Source of the DNA: Euprymna scolopes
Lineage: Eukaryota
NCBI GenBank assembly: GCA_053919585.1
Contig: CM132825.1
Direction: 5' to 3' (one strand)
Length of the DNA: 64,000 nucleotides
A program made the translations under genes and the position numbers. The notes beneath the pieces are model-generated. The model was given only the letters and a program-made list of their open reading frames with translations. It was not told where the DNA came from and did not search any database. Below, one piece after another: positions 38,833-50,948 of this stretch (the first letter of the stretch is position 1; every line of letters begins with the position of its first letter).

Positions 38833-41800
38833 GTGAAGAATAAATCTAAAAAGAATAAATCTGTTAAGACAAATAATAAAAATAAAAGCAGTAGTAAGGT
38901 AGCTAATTCTAAAAAGGTAGGGGTTGGCCGCAAAAGTTCTCGAAGATCTGCTGGTAGCTCAGACATTGCAAAGTCGAAAAGCAATGGGGTTCATGGTACA
39001 AAACGGTCATTGTCTAATAACAATGGTGCTAATTCAGATTCTGATGTAGTCGTCCCAAGCCGTGGTGGTAAAACTAAAGGAAATAGTTTTAAATCTGATC
39101 AGACCTCCCAAGAATCTGTTCATTCTAAACAAAATTCAAAGAAAGATACAAAAAATTCATCCACAAATACAAACTTATTGAATAAATCTAATGCAAGCCA
39201 AAAATGTTCTCTCCAAAATTCTATTGTTAATGCTAAATCTTCTGTTTCTAATTCGGTGACTGGGTCAAAAGCATCCACATCTAATTCTTCTAACCAAAAG
39301 ATAAATCCTGGTTCAACTTCTAAAAAATCAAAAAAGACTAGTTTAAATAAAAAGGTTGCAACTCCAGCTGTTGCTAAGAAAACGTCTGGGTCTACAACAA
39401 CAAAAAAGGGCAAAAAGTCACCTGGCACAAAAAAGTCACCTGGATCAGCTTCTGGAAAATCGTGTTGCTCTCCCTCATCCAAGAAGGTATCAGGTTCTCC
39501 CCTAAATAAGAAAATGCCTATTTCAACCAGTATAACTACTGTTGCTACGAATACTCCTGTTGCTGTTAGTAAAAAGGGGACAGGAACCAAAAAGGTATCA
39601 AAAAATAGTACTTCCAAGAAATTATTTGAAGTAACATCCTCATCTTCATTACCATCTCCATCTTCGGTAATGACAGCCTCGTTACAGGTGTGTTCTCCAA
39701 TGCAGATGGTGTCTCTGGCTACTACTGCCAATTCACAGAGCACAATTATGACCTCCAGTTCACAAACGTTGCCAACTAGTGTGATCAGTACCCAACTTTT
39801 GCCAATTAGTACTGTTGATACTCCTGTGCTAACGACAACAGTAGCAACAACTTCAGCGACTAAAGTTCTGTTTTCTACTGGTACTCAAGTTATGTCTGCT
39901 ACATCTGCAGCTACAAAAGCACTATCTTTTAGTGGTGCAAAGGTATTTCAGACTACTTCGCTTGGTACTCAGTTCATACAAAGAACATCAGCTGGGACTC
40001 ATCTTATGCCAGTTATTACCACTAACACCAACCAGATAATGCCAGTGCCATTGTCTTCCTTGACACATAAAGTACCGTTAGCAAACTTTGCTCATAAAGT
40101 TCCTATAAGTCATATTACTAAAATGGTCCCTATTACACAAAAAGTTGGAACTTCTAAAATTACCAAAAAGGTTCAGATGAAAATTCCTGAAACGATCCTT
40201 TCTCAAAATATACAAGGTACCACAATTACTCAAAAAATACCCGTTAATGCGATAACACAAAAGGTTCCTATGGCTACTATTACGCAAAAAGTACCTATTA
40301 ATACTATTACACAAAAAGTACCAATAAATACAATAACCCAGAAAGTACCCATAACAACCCTAACCCAGAAAGTACCGCTAACCACTGTTACACAGAAATT
40401 ACCTGTTTCAACAGTGTCACAAAAGATGCCTGTTACAACAATGGCGCAAAAGGTTCCAATAACGACGATGATGCAGAAGGTGCCCATATCTACAATGACG
40501 CAAAAGGTACCCATAACAGCCATAACACAGAAGGTGCCGATGACTCAGAAAGTACCCATATCTACGATGACGCAAAGGGTGCCCATATCTACGATGACAC
40601 AAAAGGTGCCCATATCTACGATGATGCAAAGGGTTCCCATTTCGACAGTGACGCAAAGGGTGCCTATATCGACAGTGACACAGAGGGTACCCATATCTAC
40701 GGTAACGCAGAGGGTACCTATATCTACGATGACACAGAGGGTGCCTGTTTCAACAGCTACCCAAAAGATTCCAATAAATACACCTTCTCATAAGGGGCCC
40801 ATAGCTACAATAACTCATAAAGTACCATTTACTACAATCACCCATTTACCCGTTTCCTCCATAACTCCAAAGATATCCACCCCATCTATTTCACAAGTTC
40901 CAATTACTTCTATTACTCAAATACCCGTCACCTCAATAGCTAATAAAATACCTACTTCAGTACATCAGAATGTTGGTCAAAAGTTGCCGATTACAACCAT
41001 TACTCAAAAATTGCCCATAAGTACGCTAGCTCATAAGATACCAGTCACTATTGCTACTCAAAAATTGCCTGTATCTGTGCTTCAGCAAAAATTGCCAATG
41101 GCTATAGCAACTCAAAAAATGCCAGCAACTACTCTTACACAAAAGTTTATTGTTTCTACCCCCACTCAGAAATTGTTAGTATCCACTCCAACCCAGAAGC
41201 TACTTGTCCCCTCTCAAGGTCAGAAGCTACTTGTCCCCTCTCAAGGTCAGAAGCTACTTGTCCCCTCTCAAAACCAGAAAATGCTTGTTACTTCTTCGAC
41301 CACACAAAAGATTCTGGTGTCTGCACCCACTCAGAAGTTGCTTGTTTCGGCGCCAACTCAAACCCTCTTAGTTTCCACCTCCCCAAGCCAGAAATTTCCC
41401 TTGTTGTCCACTCAAACGATACTTCCAAAGGCTGCTACTACTTTATCCACCCAGAACTGCCCAAATGTTGAGAGTGTCCTAACTGCCCCTGTTCAATATA
41501 CGTCAGTTATTACGACCCCAATCACTACAGCAACATCATCGTTCACTCAGCCATGGTCAAATCCAAATCTTGTGATACGTACCAGGCGTGCATCTATGCA
41601 AGAGTCTAAGAAGCGAGCAGATTCTTCAGAGAGCCGCGAGCCAGATAGAGAAGGATTAAGTAACGAAAATGTAGAGCGCACTTTAAATGTAACGAATAAT
41701 CTGAACAATATCAGTATAGATCTACCAGAGAGCCTACGCCTCGCAGATACAATTACGACTGATGGGGAGGGAAAACAGATATTAAAAATCTCACAGCAGC

Positions 41801-41901
41801 CTAACTCGAAACAGATTCAAAATATTAACGGACCAAAGTTGCCAGAGAAAATTACAACTTATTGTATAGAATCAGGAGATATATTGCCAGAGAACGGATG
41901 A
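38698..41901 (+). CDS. dom: domino exon 32 long form: terminal exon of a SANT-less (DOM-B/SRCAP-type) isoform; Lys/Ser-rich region plus nonapeptide repeats
   Basis: 3.2-kb stop-free frame continuing the host phase, higher GC than introns, synonymous variation between repeat units, TGA at 41899-41901. Confidence 0.88.
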   Translation, partial: EDIESAKKDWELARLKALKEEEEMRAELEEDEMLFTYARDDAYNQVKNKSKKNKSVKTNNKNKSSSKVANSKKVGVGRKSSRRSAGSSDIAKSKSNGVHGTKRSLSNNNGANSDSDVVVPSRGGKTKGNSFKSDQTSQESVHSKQNSKKDTKNSSTNTNLLNKSNASQKCSLQNSIVNAKSSVSNSVTGSKASTSNSSNQKINPGSTSKKSKKTSLNKKVATPAVAKKTSGSTTTKKGKKSPGTKKSPGSASGKSCCSPSSKKVSGSPLNKKMPISTSITTVATNTPVAVSKKGTGTKKVSKNSTSKKLFEVTSSSSLPSPSSVMTASLQVCSPMQMVSLATTANSQSTIMTSSSQTLPTSVISTQLLPISTVDTPVLTTTVATTSATKVLFSTGTQVMSATSAATKALSFSGAKVFQTTSLGTQFIQRTSAGTHLMPVITTNTNQIMPVPLSSLTHKVPLANFAHKVPISHITKMVPITQKVGTSKITKKVQMKIPETILSQNIQGTTITQKIPVNAITQKVPMATITQKVPINTITQKVPINTITQKVPITTLTQKVPLTTVTQKLPVSTVSQKMPVTTMAQKVPITTMMQKVPISTMTQKVPITAITQKVPMTQKVPISTMTQRVPISTMTQKVPISTMMQRVPISTVTQRVPISTVTQRVPISTVTQRVPISTMTQRVPVSTATQKIPINTPSHKGPIATITHKVPFTTITHLPVSSITPKISTPSISQVPITSITQIPVTSIANKIPTSVHQNVGQKLPITTITQKLPISTLAHKIPVTIATQKLPVSVLQQKLPMAIATQKMPATTLTQKFIVSTPTQKLLVSTPTQKLLVPSQGQKLLVPSQGQKLLVPSQNQKMLVTSSTTQKILVSAPTQKLLVSAPTQTLLVSTSPSQKFPLLSTQTILPKAATTLSTQNCPNVESVLTAPVQYTSVITTPITTATSSFTQPWSNPNLVIRTRRASMQESKKRADSSESREPDREGLSNENVERTLNVTNNLNNISIDLPESLRLADTITTDGEGKQILKISQQPNSKQIQNINGPKLPEKITTYCIESGDILPENG
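40063..41410 (+). repeat. Coding 27-bp / 9-aa repeat (TQKVPISTM-like), roughly 45 units
   Basis: Visible in the translation of the long exon 32. Confidence 0.9.
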
Positions 41902-42136
41902 TTTAAAATAGATAATCAATAGAAATAATGTTACCATATATTATATACATATGCCGCCACCATTCTTAAATGTTTTTTTTTATTTTGTAAAAAAAAAAAA
42001 GTCCTTTTTTTTAACATTTTTTTATATATAAATATAACAAAGATTGTTATTGAATGAAAAGTAAAAATAACAAGGATTCTCTCCGATCTTGCAGTTTTTT
42101 GTACTGCATTAAAGTTTTTTTCAGGGCTTAATAATG

Positions 42137-42278
42137 NNNNNNNNNNNNNNNNNNNNNNNNNNNNNNNNNNNNNNNNNNNNNNNNNNNNNNNNNNNNNNNN
42201 NNNNNNNNNNNNNNNNNNNNNNNNNNNNNNNNNNNNNNNNNNNNNNNNNNNNNNNNNNNNNNNNNNNNNNNNNNNNNN
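42137..42278. other. Assembly gap (N run)
   Basis: Run of n. Confidence 0.99.
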
Positions 42279-43434
42279 AAAACCTATCCACTTGTTATCA
42301 GCATCTCATTATTCCTGGTGTGTGTGTTATGTTGCTGTGTGTTGAGGCAAGGGCACTTCTTTTAATGATTCAAGGTTTTTGGTGTTAACCATTTTTATCA
42401 ACCTAGATCATCTCATTTCGCTGGTGTGCTGCAGTACATGGAGCTCCCCATCCCACCATTTTTTTTTTTATTTCGTCTCCCCTTTTGAAACTGATCATTG
42501 CATAATTAGTCAATCGTTTATTGAATATTATGGTTATTTTAAAGTTTTTTTTTTTTTGTTTTTTTTTTTTGTACAATGACTTTACAAAAAAATTAATTTT
42601 ATATTTCGCTTGTCATGTTCTTTATTCAACCAAAGTTTAATCGTTAAAAAAAATGCAATGACCAAAATCACTTATTTAGAACAAACAACATAAAACTTTT
42701 AATTTATACCCAATCTCCTAGATTATTTTCGTTCATTTTCGTAAAACTAAACCTCGCATAAGGACTTGTTTTATACGAGATATAATAGTTTTTAGCTTGT
42801 AAGCTCGGCTAAGATCACTTTTCAATTTAATATTAGCTTAATTTTCCTTTTTTTTTTTTTTTTTTTTGACAAATATTAAAATAAAAACTATTCTTGAAAT
42901 ATATTTAATTTGTATTTTTTTTTTAATCTTTGATCTGAGATTTTTTTTTTTTTTTTTTGACAAATTATTTCTAATTCATAGAATTAGTTAAAACTCAAGT
43001 TTTTATTAATTTTCTCTAAAGTCTATTGTCTCTAGATTTGTCTTCTATCTTTTTTGTATGTGTGTTGTATAAGTAACTAAAGTAACTCACCCTCAGTTCA
43101 GTAGTTGGTTTCATTATGTTTACATAGGTGCATACATAAGTATGTACTTGAAAACATGATTATGTATATATGCTTCTATATATAGTTGTTAGTCGGCACC
43201 AAATACCTTGTATCAAGCTGTGCCTCCCAGACAGCTCCTTACACCAAGGAAATGAGATGCTGATTAGCTGCAGAATCGTTAACATTCAGCTGTTAATCAC
43301 AGGAAATATTTAATTTGCAATTTTAGGGGGGGGAAACATATAATGCTTGCACTGGTGTGCAGTTGTAAATAAACACTTAGCATTATGAGCAAGTGCAATT
43401 TTTCAATGCATTTCTCACTCCACTTTATTTGTTG

Positions 43435-43465
<31 letters not shown>

Positions 43466-44849
43466 GTATGTATATATATATATATATATATGTGTAATCA
43501 AATTAACTAAATCTTCATTTTTCAGAATTTATTTTTTTATTGTTCAGTTATATAACATTTACTAGATTTTTTAAAAATGTTTTTATATTAAATTTTAAGA
43601 TACAATTTAAAAAGAAATAGATTCAAACAGTTTATGAAAATCTATAAAAATAAGGAAAAAAAGTCATTTTTATTTAGTACTATAGAACTTCACCAAATAC
43701 CTTTGATGATAGAAGTGGCCAGGCTTGGAATGTTTTTATTCAACTTCTGAATATTATTACATTGAAGTTGAATTAATTTTTTTTTTTTTTTAGTTTTGAT
43801 TGTTGCATGCTTTGTATATATTTATTTTAGCTGTTTTTGTTATGCTGTTTTTTTTAAATTATGATTTTTGTGCCATCTCTTATCGATAATATTTCAAGTA
43901 AGTATAAAAAAAAAATCTTTGGAATAGCCAATCAAAATAACCAAAACAAAGAAAGTCTGGCATAAGGGAGCATCATGTACTTAGTTTGAAAATGGAGAGT
44001 GAATAACGAACAATAGCAAGAATAAAAAAACAAAAAAAAACTAAAGGTCGTTCGACAAAATAGTTATTTTATGAAAAAGACTAAGTGGGTGGCAATTGTA
44101 GCAGTAGTAGTAATAAAGGTATATTTTTCAAGGACACTCAAGATTAGTCTAAAGGGTTACCCAAACAGATCCGCATATGCAACTTTTCGTTAATCTTTAA
44201 TGAAATAGGCAAAAAAATCGTTTTATTATGAAGATACTTAAACGAAACAAGAAAAAAGGATGAAACCTTAAATTAAGAATAACTTTTTTCTTCAATTTTT
44301 TTCACTGATTATGTATTTAAAAAAAAAAAAAAAAAAATTCCAGAATGTTTGGGTTTGGTTTATTGAGTGGGAACAAAGGAGGCAAAAGTAACACCTGGAA
44401 CATCTACCTTATAAAAATGTGTCCATTACTATTCTATTCAGGGATGGGACTTCTCAAATTCAGAAAAGGCAAACATTTACTTTCTAAAATTTTATTACCT
44501 AGATAGAGGTTTACGTATTCACAAATTATTTTCACCTAGAACTCATAAAAACCTACATATATAAATAATGGATCGAGAACTGTCACTTTAACAAAAATAA
44601 TTTTTTTTTTTTTTATGTAATGTTTAATAAATTTTAAACAAAAGAAAGGTTGAACGATTAATATTGTGCATACAGAGATAATAACAAACTAAATTTAAAT
44701 AAAATGAGTGACATAAAGAGGAAAATTCTGCAGTCCAGTGGTTGGAAAGAGCATTGGAGGCAATTCAATTTTTAATAAGTGCAGTGGAATTACTAGTAAG
44801 TTTAGAGATGGACCAGTCTGTAAGAAGTTTAAGACGATATAACTATCTT

Positions 44850-45400
44850 TGTGTGACAAAGCTATTGAGGTTGTTCAGAAGTTTTTGCTACCTAGGTGAT
44901 AACATTGGAACGCAGAGAGGAGCAGGTGCTAGTGTGATTGCAAGAATTAGGAATAGATGAAATCTGCCATTACTAACCAGCAGAGCGTTACCACTGTCCA
45001 CCAAGTGAAGAGTCTTATCAAGCATGTGTACGCAATGTGATGTATGGGAGATAAAATCTGGCCAGTGAGGGTTGAGGACATGTGTTGCATGGAGAGAAAT
45101 GTGAAATTGATATAATGTGAGTCTTAGAATGACTGAATATGATCTCTCATAAGAAGATTAAATCTAGATAGTATGGGGAGATGTGTGCAAAACATGATAC
45201 TTTGATATTATGGCTATGTTGAAAGAATGAGTGAGAGTTCTTGAGCTAGTAGATGTAGAAGGTTCAGTTCCTGGAGGAAGATCAAGAAAAACATGGAAGT
45301 GGCACTAATGGACTTGATAGATAAAGGGACCAAGACCTTGCTAAAGATAGGTTAAAAGTGGGCCAATATGTCAGCATGTAAAATGGGCATTAAACAACAT
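44850..45400 (+). mobile_element. RTE-clade LINE 3' fragment, degenerate
   Basis: SFCYLGDNIG..GAGASVIARIR..LPLLTSR resembles RTE ORF C-terminal region; stops and frameshifts; related copy at 48470-48980. Confidence 0.7.
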
Positions 45401-47494
45401 GAGGCCTTTCAGATTTTATCTATTTAAAACTAGCAAATACATGCCCCCCCCCCCCATTTATTTTTGCTAGCCTATGAGTGTTGAATGTACATATACTACA
45501 TTGAACAATGGAGGAGGTAATGATAAAAGATAGCATTATGATGAATTAACAGTACCTCCTTCACCTTCCAAAAAAATTAAGAAAGCTTGGGAGGACGATG
45601 CCATAACAATAAAACAGATGTACATTCCCCTACCCGCCCCCCCCCCTCTCAAGAAAAAGGAAGAATACTATGACTACTAAAAGATATACTACATAGCCCC
45701 CACCCTCCAAAGAGGAGGTAATGCTAGACATTTCACACACTCCTTTAAAAACAAAAGAACTTTGGAGAGTGATTTAACAAAACATATCCCTTCCAAAAAA
45801 AAGGGGGGGGGGTAATACCTAGGAGTTTTGTATGGCAATAGAACAGATGCTATACCCCTTTCCCTATTCTTTTAACTCTTCTATGTTTTCTAGGTAACTA
45901 TGCTAGTATTGTATAAGGAATTAATGCTCCGTGGTCAAAAGCTTGTGATCTTGGTTTTAACGATTAATTTGAAACATACTGTGCCACTATGAGGGATTCT
46001 TGGTTACAAAGCCATCTTGGCAACTCTTTTAAAGAATGCCTATAACTTCTGTAATTTTCTTTGTATTAAAAAACTATTAATTCTAAATACCTAGCTTTTT
46101 TTTTTTTTTTTTTTACTTTTGTCATAAGGAGCTTCAGGTAAAGTTATTTTCAGTAGAAATTTATTTCTAGTTTTATAATAACCTATATTTAATGGGACCT
46201 CTTGTAATATAATTTTACTTATGTGGAGAGGGAAAAAAAATTAATAACAAAAACTGGTACATAACTTCATTACTTGTGATTAAAATTTTGACTTTAATAA
46301 TAAATTTATAACAATTTTTTAAAGTTAAATATAAAGTATTAAAAAACAAAAGATTTTAAATTATCTAGTGACCTCTAGCTTTATGTGAGGATATAACATT
46401 AATGAAAGTAAACTTGAGAAAAAAAGATGTCTATTTTGTTTGCAAGACAATCTCTTGCAACCACTGTATTAGTTCGCTTCCAAGAATTCACACAAGTTCT
46501 AATATTATTTTAATGATCATCAGTTTATCATGACACACTCTTTCGGGGATTGAAAAGCAAAACGGTATATTAAATCATAGCTCCCAGCAATGTTAATTAT
46601 AAAATCCCTTAAAAAAAACATTCCAACCATCAGATCTTTTTTATTTTATTTTCTCCAGATTAATTTGCTAACCTAGTCATGTTAAGAAAAAAAAAAAATT
46701 ATATATACACACATTGATAAAGACAATTAACAAAATAGTCATTCAATTGCTAACTGCGTATGTTAGATTTCATGATTCTAAAAAGAAACGTTTCTCCGAT
46801 TTTAAGTTTACTCACTCTAAGACTTTAACCAAGTTTCACATCTTATTTATCAAACTAATTTTGTGGATCTTCTATTTAGGAGACACATTTTACTAATTTT
46901 ATCTCTTTTTATTTGAATAAATTTCAATTTTGCATAGTTGTTTCGACTATTCAAAGAAGTTAATCAACTTCATGGGTGGTTATAAGATATCAAGAAAATT
47001 AATAAATATTGGCCATTTTTAATACGCATTAGATATTTAGAAAGCTTGTTTCCAATCACATAAATATTTTAAAAATTGAAGTAGAAAATACACAAAATTT
47101 TGCAAGTTGAATTGATTATGGTGTGAATTTGATAATGTTACATGATTATAGACAATTAGTTGGGAATGAGAGTAGCAGAAACTCATTATGAAAACGAGGG
47201 ACTAATAAGACATTATTTGGAAGAAAAAAGCTTGTAGTCTGGTATATAATTGTTTATTAGCTGTTTTCACTTATGAGGTAGTTCATTCCTGCCTACAAAT
47301 AACATTGGGTCATCAGAAGAGAATGCGCACTGTTTCAGGACCTCCCTCTATCTATTTTTCTAATGTCATTTATTTGTTTATTTTTGTTTGTGATACTTTT
47401 AAACAGATTCAATTATTTATATGAAAGAGCAGTTTTACCTTAATGCTAGTTGGGAATAATTTTCCTTTCATTAAAGTGATGCTTTCAGATGGGA

Positions 47495-47647
47495 AGCACA
47501 ATTATATTTTAAAGATTTAATTATGCACCGATGTTTGTCGTTTACAAGCTATCAATGTAGCTGAACCTCACTAGGTTCAGCTACATTGATAAGTTGTAAA
47601 CGACAAAACATCGGTGGATAATCAAATCTTTAAAATATAATTGTGCT
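47495..47647. repeat. Near-perfect hairpin, ~74-bp arms with 4-nt loop (cact)
   Basis: agcacaattatattttaaagatt..tatcaatgtagctgaacct / aggttcagctacattgata..aatctttaaaatataattgtgct. Confidence 0.92.
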
Positions 47648-47706
47648 AAAAGAGGGAAAAGTATTGCAAACAAAAATGACATCTATAAAAAATGCGGTAC
47701 ATATTC

Positions 47707-47800
47707 GCACTAGTGTGAGTTAACTGGTAGAGCTCTAGGGCCCTCGACTCTGGGATCCTGGTTTCGAATCATGCTGATGAATCAGATGACGAAACGTGTT
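47707..47800 (+). mobile_element. tRNA-derived SINE-like head (A/B-box-like) followed by a decayed hammerhead-like core
   Basis: gtgtgagttaactggtagagc (A-box-like), ggtttcgaatc (B-box-like), then ctgatga..gacgaaacgtgtt. Confidence 0.5.
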
Positions 47801-48099
47801 AAAAAATTATCCACGCAAGCATGCACAAGCTTCTGCCTCTGAAAATAACATACATGCGAGTCAAAATGACTAATACGTACTCAGTACAAGGGTACTAGAA
47901 TATCATTATACAAATAAGAAAAACAAATCTAATTTTGTAATGAAATAATTTTTTTACTGCGCAAATAAAGTTACTTCTAGGGAATAGGTATTAAGAGGAT
48001 TTCAGTACTCAAGCAAGTATCGTGAAGAATCTAGAGTCAGTCCTGGAAAGGAGCAAAGCAGTTTACGATTTGAAAAACAAAATAAAAACTGTAAAAACA

Positions 48100-48405
48100 C
48101 TAAACTTGTGCCCCCTCAACGTACATATCCCCAACAAACCTGCTTAGCAACAAAATCTCACTCATCCTTTCATTAAGTACCAGAAAGCTTTCTACTCTAA
48201 TAGTTTCTTCTCTCGAACATGTAGACTTTGGAATTCCTTTCTGCTAACTGCTTCCCTGACTATACTGGTATGCAAAAATTTAAATCTAACATAAACCAAC
48301 ATCTTGTTAATCTTTCTTAGGCATGGTCCCAAACCTTACGTTCAAATGACAGTATGCTTTGTTAGGGGTGAACGTGAATTTAAAAAAAAAAAAAAAAAAA
48401 AAAAA
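48100..48405 (+). mobile_element. LINE 3' end (CR1/L2-group-like) with poly-A tail
   Basis: LVPP..FYSNSFFSRTCRLWNSF..KFKSNINQHL-type translation, poly-A at 48382-48405. Confidence 0.65.
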
Positions 48406-48469
48406 GGAAAAGGAAAGGGTTAGTGTAAAAAAAAAAATTTTTTAAATTAAAAAAAAAAAAAATTTTACG

Positions 48470-48980
48470 GGTTAGAGCAGGTGCTTATTGTAATTGTAGG
48501 AGTGGATGGACTAAGTTCAGAGATCTGTTATTACTAACCAGCAGATTGTTACCAGTGTCAACCAAAGAAAGAACTCATCAAGCAATGCATATACAGTGTG
48601 ATGTCTGGAACTTAAACCTGACAAGTAAGTTATGAGGACCTGCATTGCATAGAGAGAAATGATATGAGAATGATACAACATATATGTAATGTGTTAATGA
48701 CAGATTTAGATCTGATGACCTCAGAGGAAGATTAAGAGAAATGTGTGCAGAACAAGACTCCATTAATTTGGTCACATTGAAAAAAAAGATGGATGAGTTG
48801 GGTTTGGGGGGGGGGGGGTGTTAGATGTAGACTAGATGAAGTGGCAGTCAGTTGGCAGAATAACACTAAGAAAAATGAGGCAAATGATAATGGATTGAAG
48901 AGAACAAAGCATAAAGATTTGGCTAAATTTGAAAATCACTTTCTACAAAAAAAGTATTCAGCATATGCCAGCATGTAAAA
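48470..48980 (+). mobile_element. RTE-clade LINE fragment, second copy
   Basis: Shares gagcaggtgct..ttactaaccagcaga..ttacca.tgtc.accaa..cagcatgtaaaatg with 44920-45385. Confidence 0.65.
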
Positions 48981-50896
48981 TGTTCGTTAGGAACCTTTCC
49001 CCGTGAACCACATTCTACCAAATTGTTTTCCCAACAAAAATATTATACAAACTTGTTACCGAATGAAATATTTAATTCTGATGAACCTAAACCAAATATT
49101 CAAATGTTTTAAAAAAAAAATTAAAAAAAAAAAAAAAAATCTATTATAAAAATGACTCCAAAAATGAATAAATAAAAATTAAAGGAAGAAAATTATTGTC
49201 TGTTTATATGTAAGTCCATCTATGTATGTGTGTGTGTGTGTGTGTGTATAATTTTCAGAAAGTTGATAAAATCTCTAAGAAACAACATTAATAAACTTAA
49301 AATTTTAGAAAATAAACAGTTTGGCAACTACTTAAAGATTTTTATTAAAGGAAAAAAATTTCAATTAAAAAAAAAAATTCTTTTCTTTTTATAATTGAAA
49401 TATATCTTAAATTTCGCATTGTAAAATATACATCAAAGAAGGAAGATATATTTTTCTTTAAGTAAAATATCAGTCTTCGTGTGTTTTTATTTTTTAACAA
49501 TGTCTGTCTGAATATATATAATTATCACACTTTTCTTTTCGGCATGAAAGGACCAAGGTTGAAATGCTGTTAAAATTAAACAATCAAAACCAAATAAGCT
49601 TTTTTTTTTTTTTTTTCTAGTTGGGGATGGCTCATCCTACTGAATGCCAGATATTCCAATCAGATCTTTTTAAAGCTTCTGTCCCTTAAGTACAACTGTC
49701 ATAATTCTGCTCAAGGAAGTCTTATTAAACTTTGCATCAGGATGAAAATAATTTGCTTCAGTTTAGAGTAATATTAACACCTGTGATATGTTTTTCTCAT
49801 CAGTCACTAATCAAAGGTGCTGGCAGTTTCAATATTATTATTCCTAGTGTCATCGGCAGTTTTTGTCGTCGGAATTAGCCTATAAAAACTGTAGTCGTTT
49901 TTGTAGATCCTTATTGAAACTCCTTCATTTTTTGGCGGTTTATGATATTATGTACATGGTCATAAAACCGTTAGCAATAAGACAGAAACTACTAAGCTAA
50001 TCAGGGAATGCATAAAACCCGGGAACATCACGATGGTTAGACAATACAGAACTCTGCAAATATGACAATGGTATATGTTCATTCATGTAATTCTGAGGCA
50101 GTACGTTCAGGACTGCAGAACACAATACGAAAGGAAATCGCTGGTACATCTCTGAGCAAAAACTGGTATGATTAAGCAGAGGCTCTAGTGTGAATGTATA
50201 TCGTTGCAAGTTTGGTTTGTTCAACCGCAGCAGAGGGCGGTATTTACTTGTTGATTAATGTCACATAAACACGTGGGAATAGTAATTTATCCCTGTTCAT
50301 CTTATCTTTTATGTTAAGCTCTCCCTATTTACTTGCCTCCCCACAAGGGCAAAGTTAGACATAAGGTCAATTTTTAATGTGGAGAAAATCCAACCCCTCA
50401 CCTAAAAAAAAAAAGTCTCAGTCCAAATAAAGCTTACTCCTTTACTGACCGAGGACAGCGAAGATGAAGTGTAGTATCAGAAATTTTCTCTGTGGAGAAA
50501 AAAAAGATTCTTGAGTTGTTTTAAAATGAGAGCTAAAAATCTCTATGAAAGTAAAATAAACTCGAGTTGCGTTCATTCGTAACTTAAATGAAAATATGCA
50601 ACCGCAGTTATTTAATCAAAGACAAGTTAAGTGAAAATGGACATTGTTAGCGATGCCATGTCTTATAGTATATATCTAAAATAAAATTAAATATGACATC
50701 TCTGATAGATTAAAACTAGTAAAAAGACCTATGCACAGGATTGTATTCACTAAGGGTGAGAACCAAGAACGTAGTGTTGATTGCTTTGTATGTGTGTGTG
50801 TGTGTGTGTGGGCGGGGGGTAAATAAAGTGAGACTCCCATTGAGGCCCACCTGGCATTTTCCAAGAATTATTGAGAACCTCTGTGCACTCTTGCTT

Positions 50897-50948
<52 letters not shown>

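Noticed and set aside
39120-40656. Minus-strand ORFs (207, 78, 97, 79 aa)
   Set aside because: Antisense shadows of the low-complexity coding exon
47707-47775. Functional tRNA gene
   Set aside because: Acceptor stem and cloverleaf do not close; more consistent with a SINE head
49990-50270. Possible transposase-like fragment
   Set aside because: Similarity too weak to assign by eye
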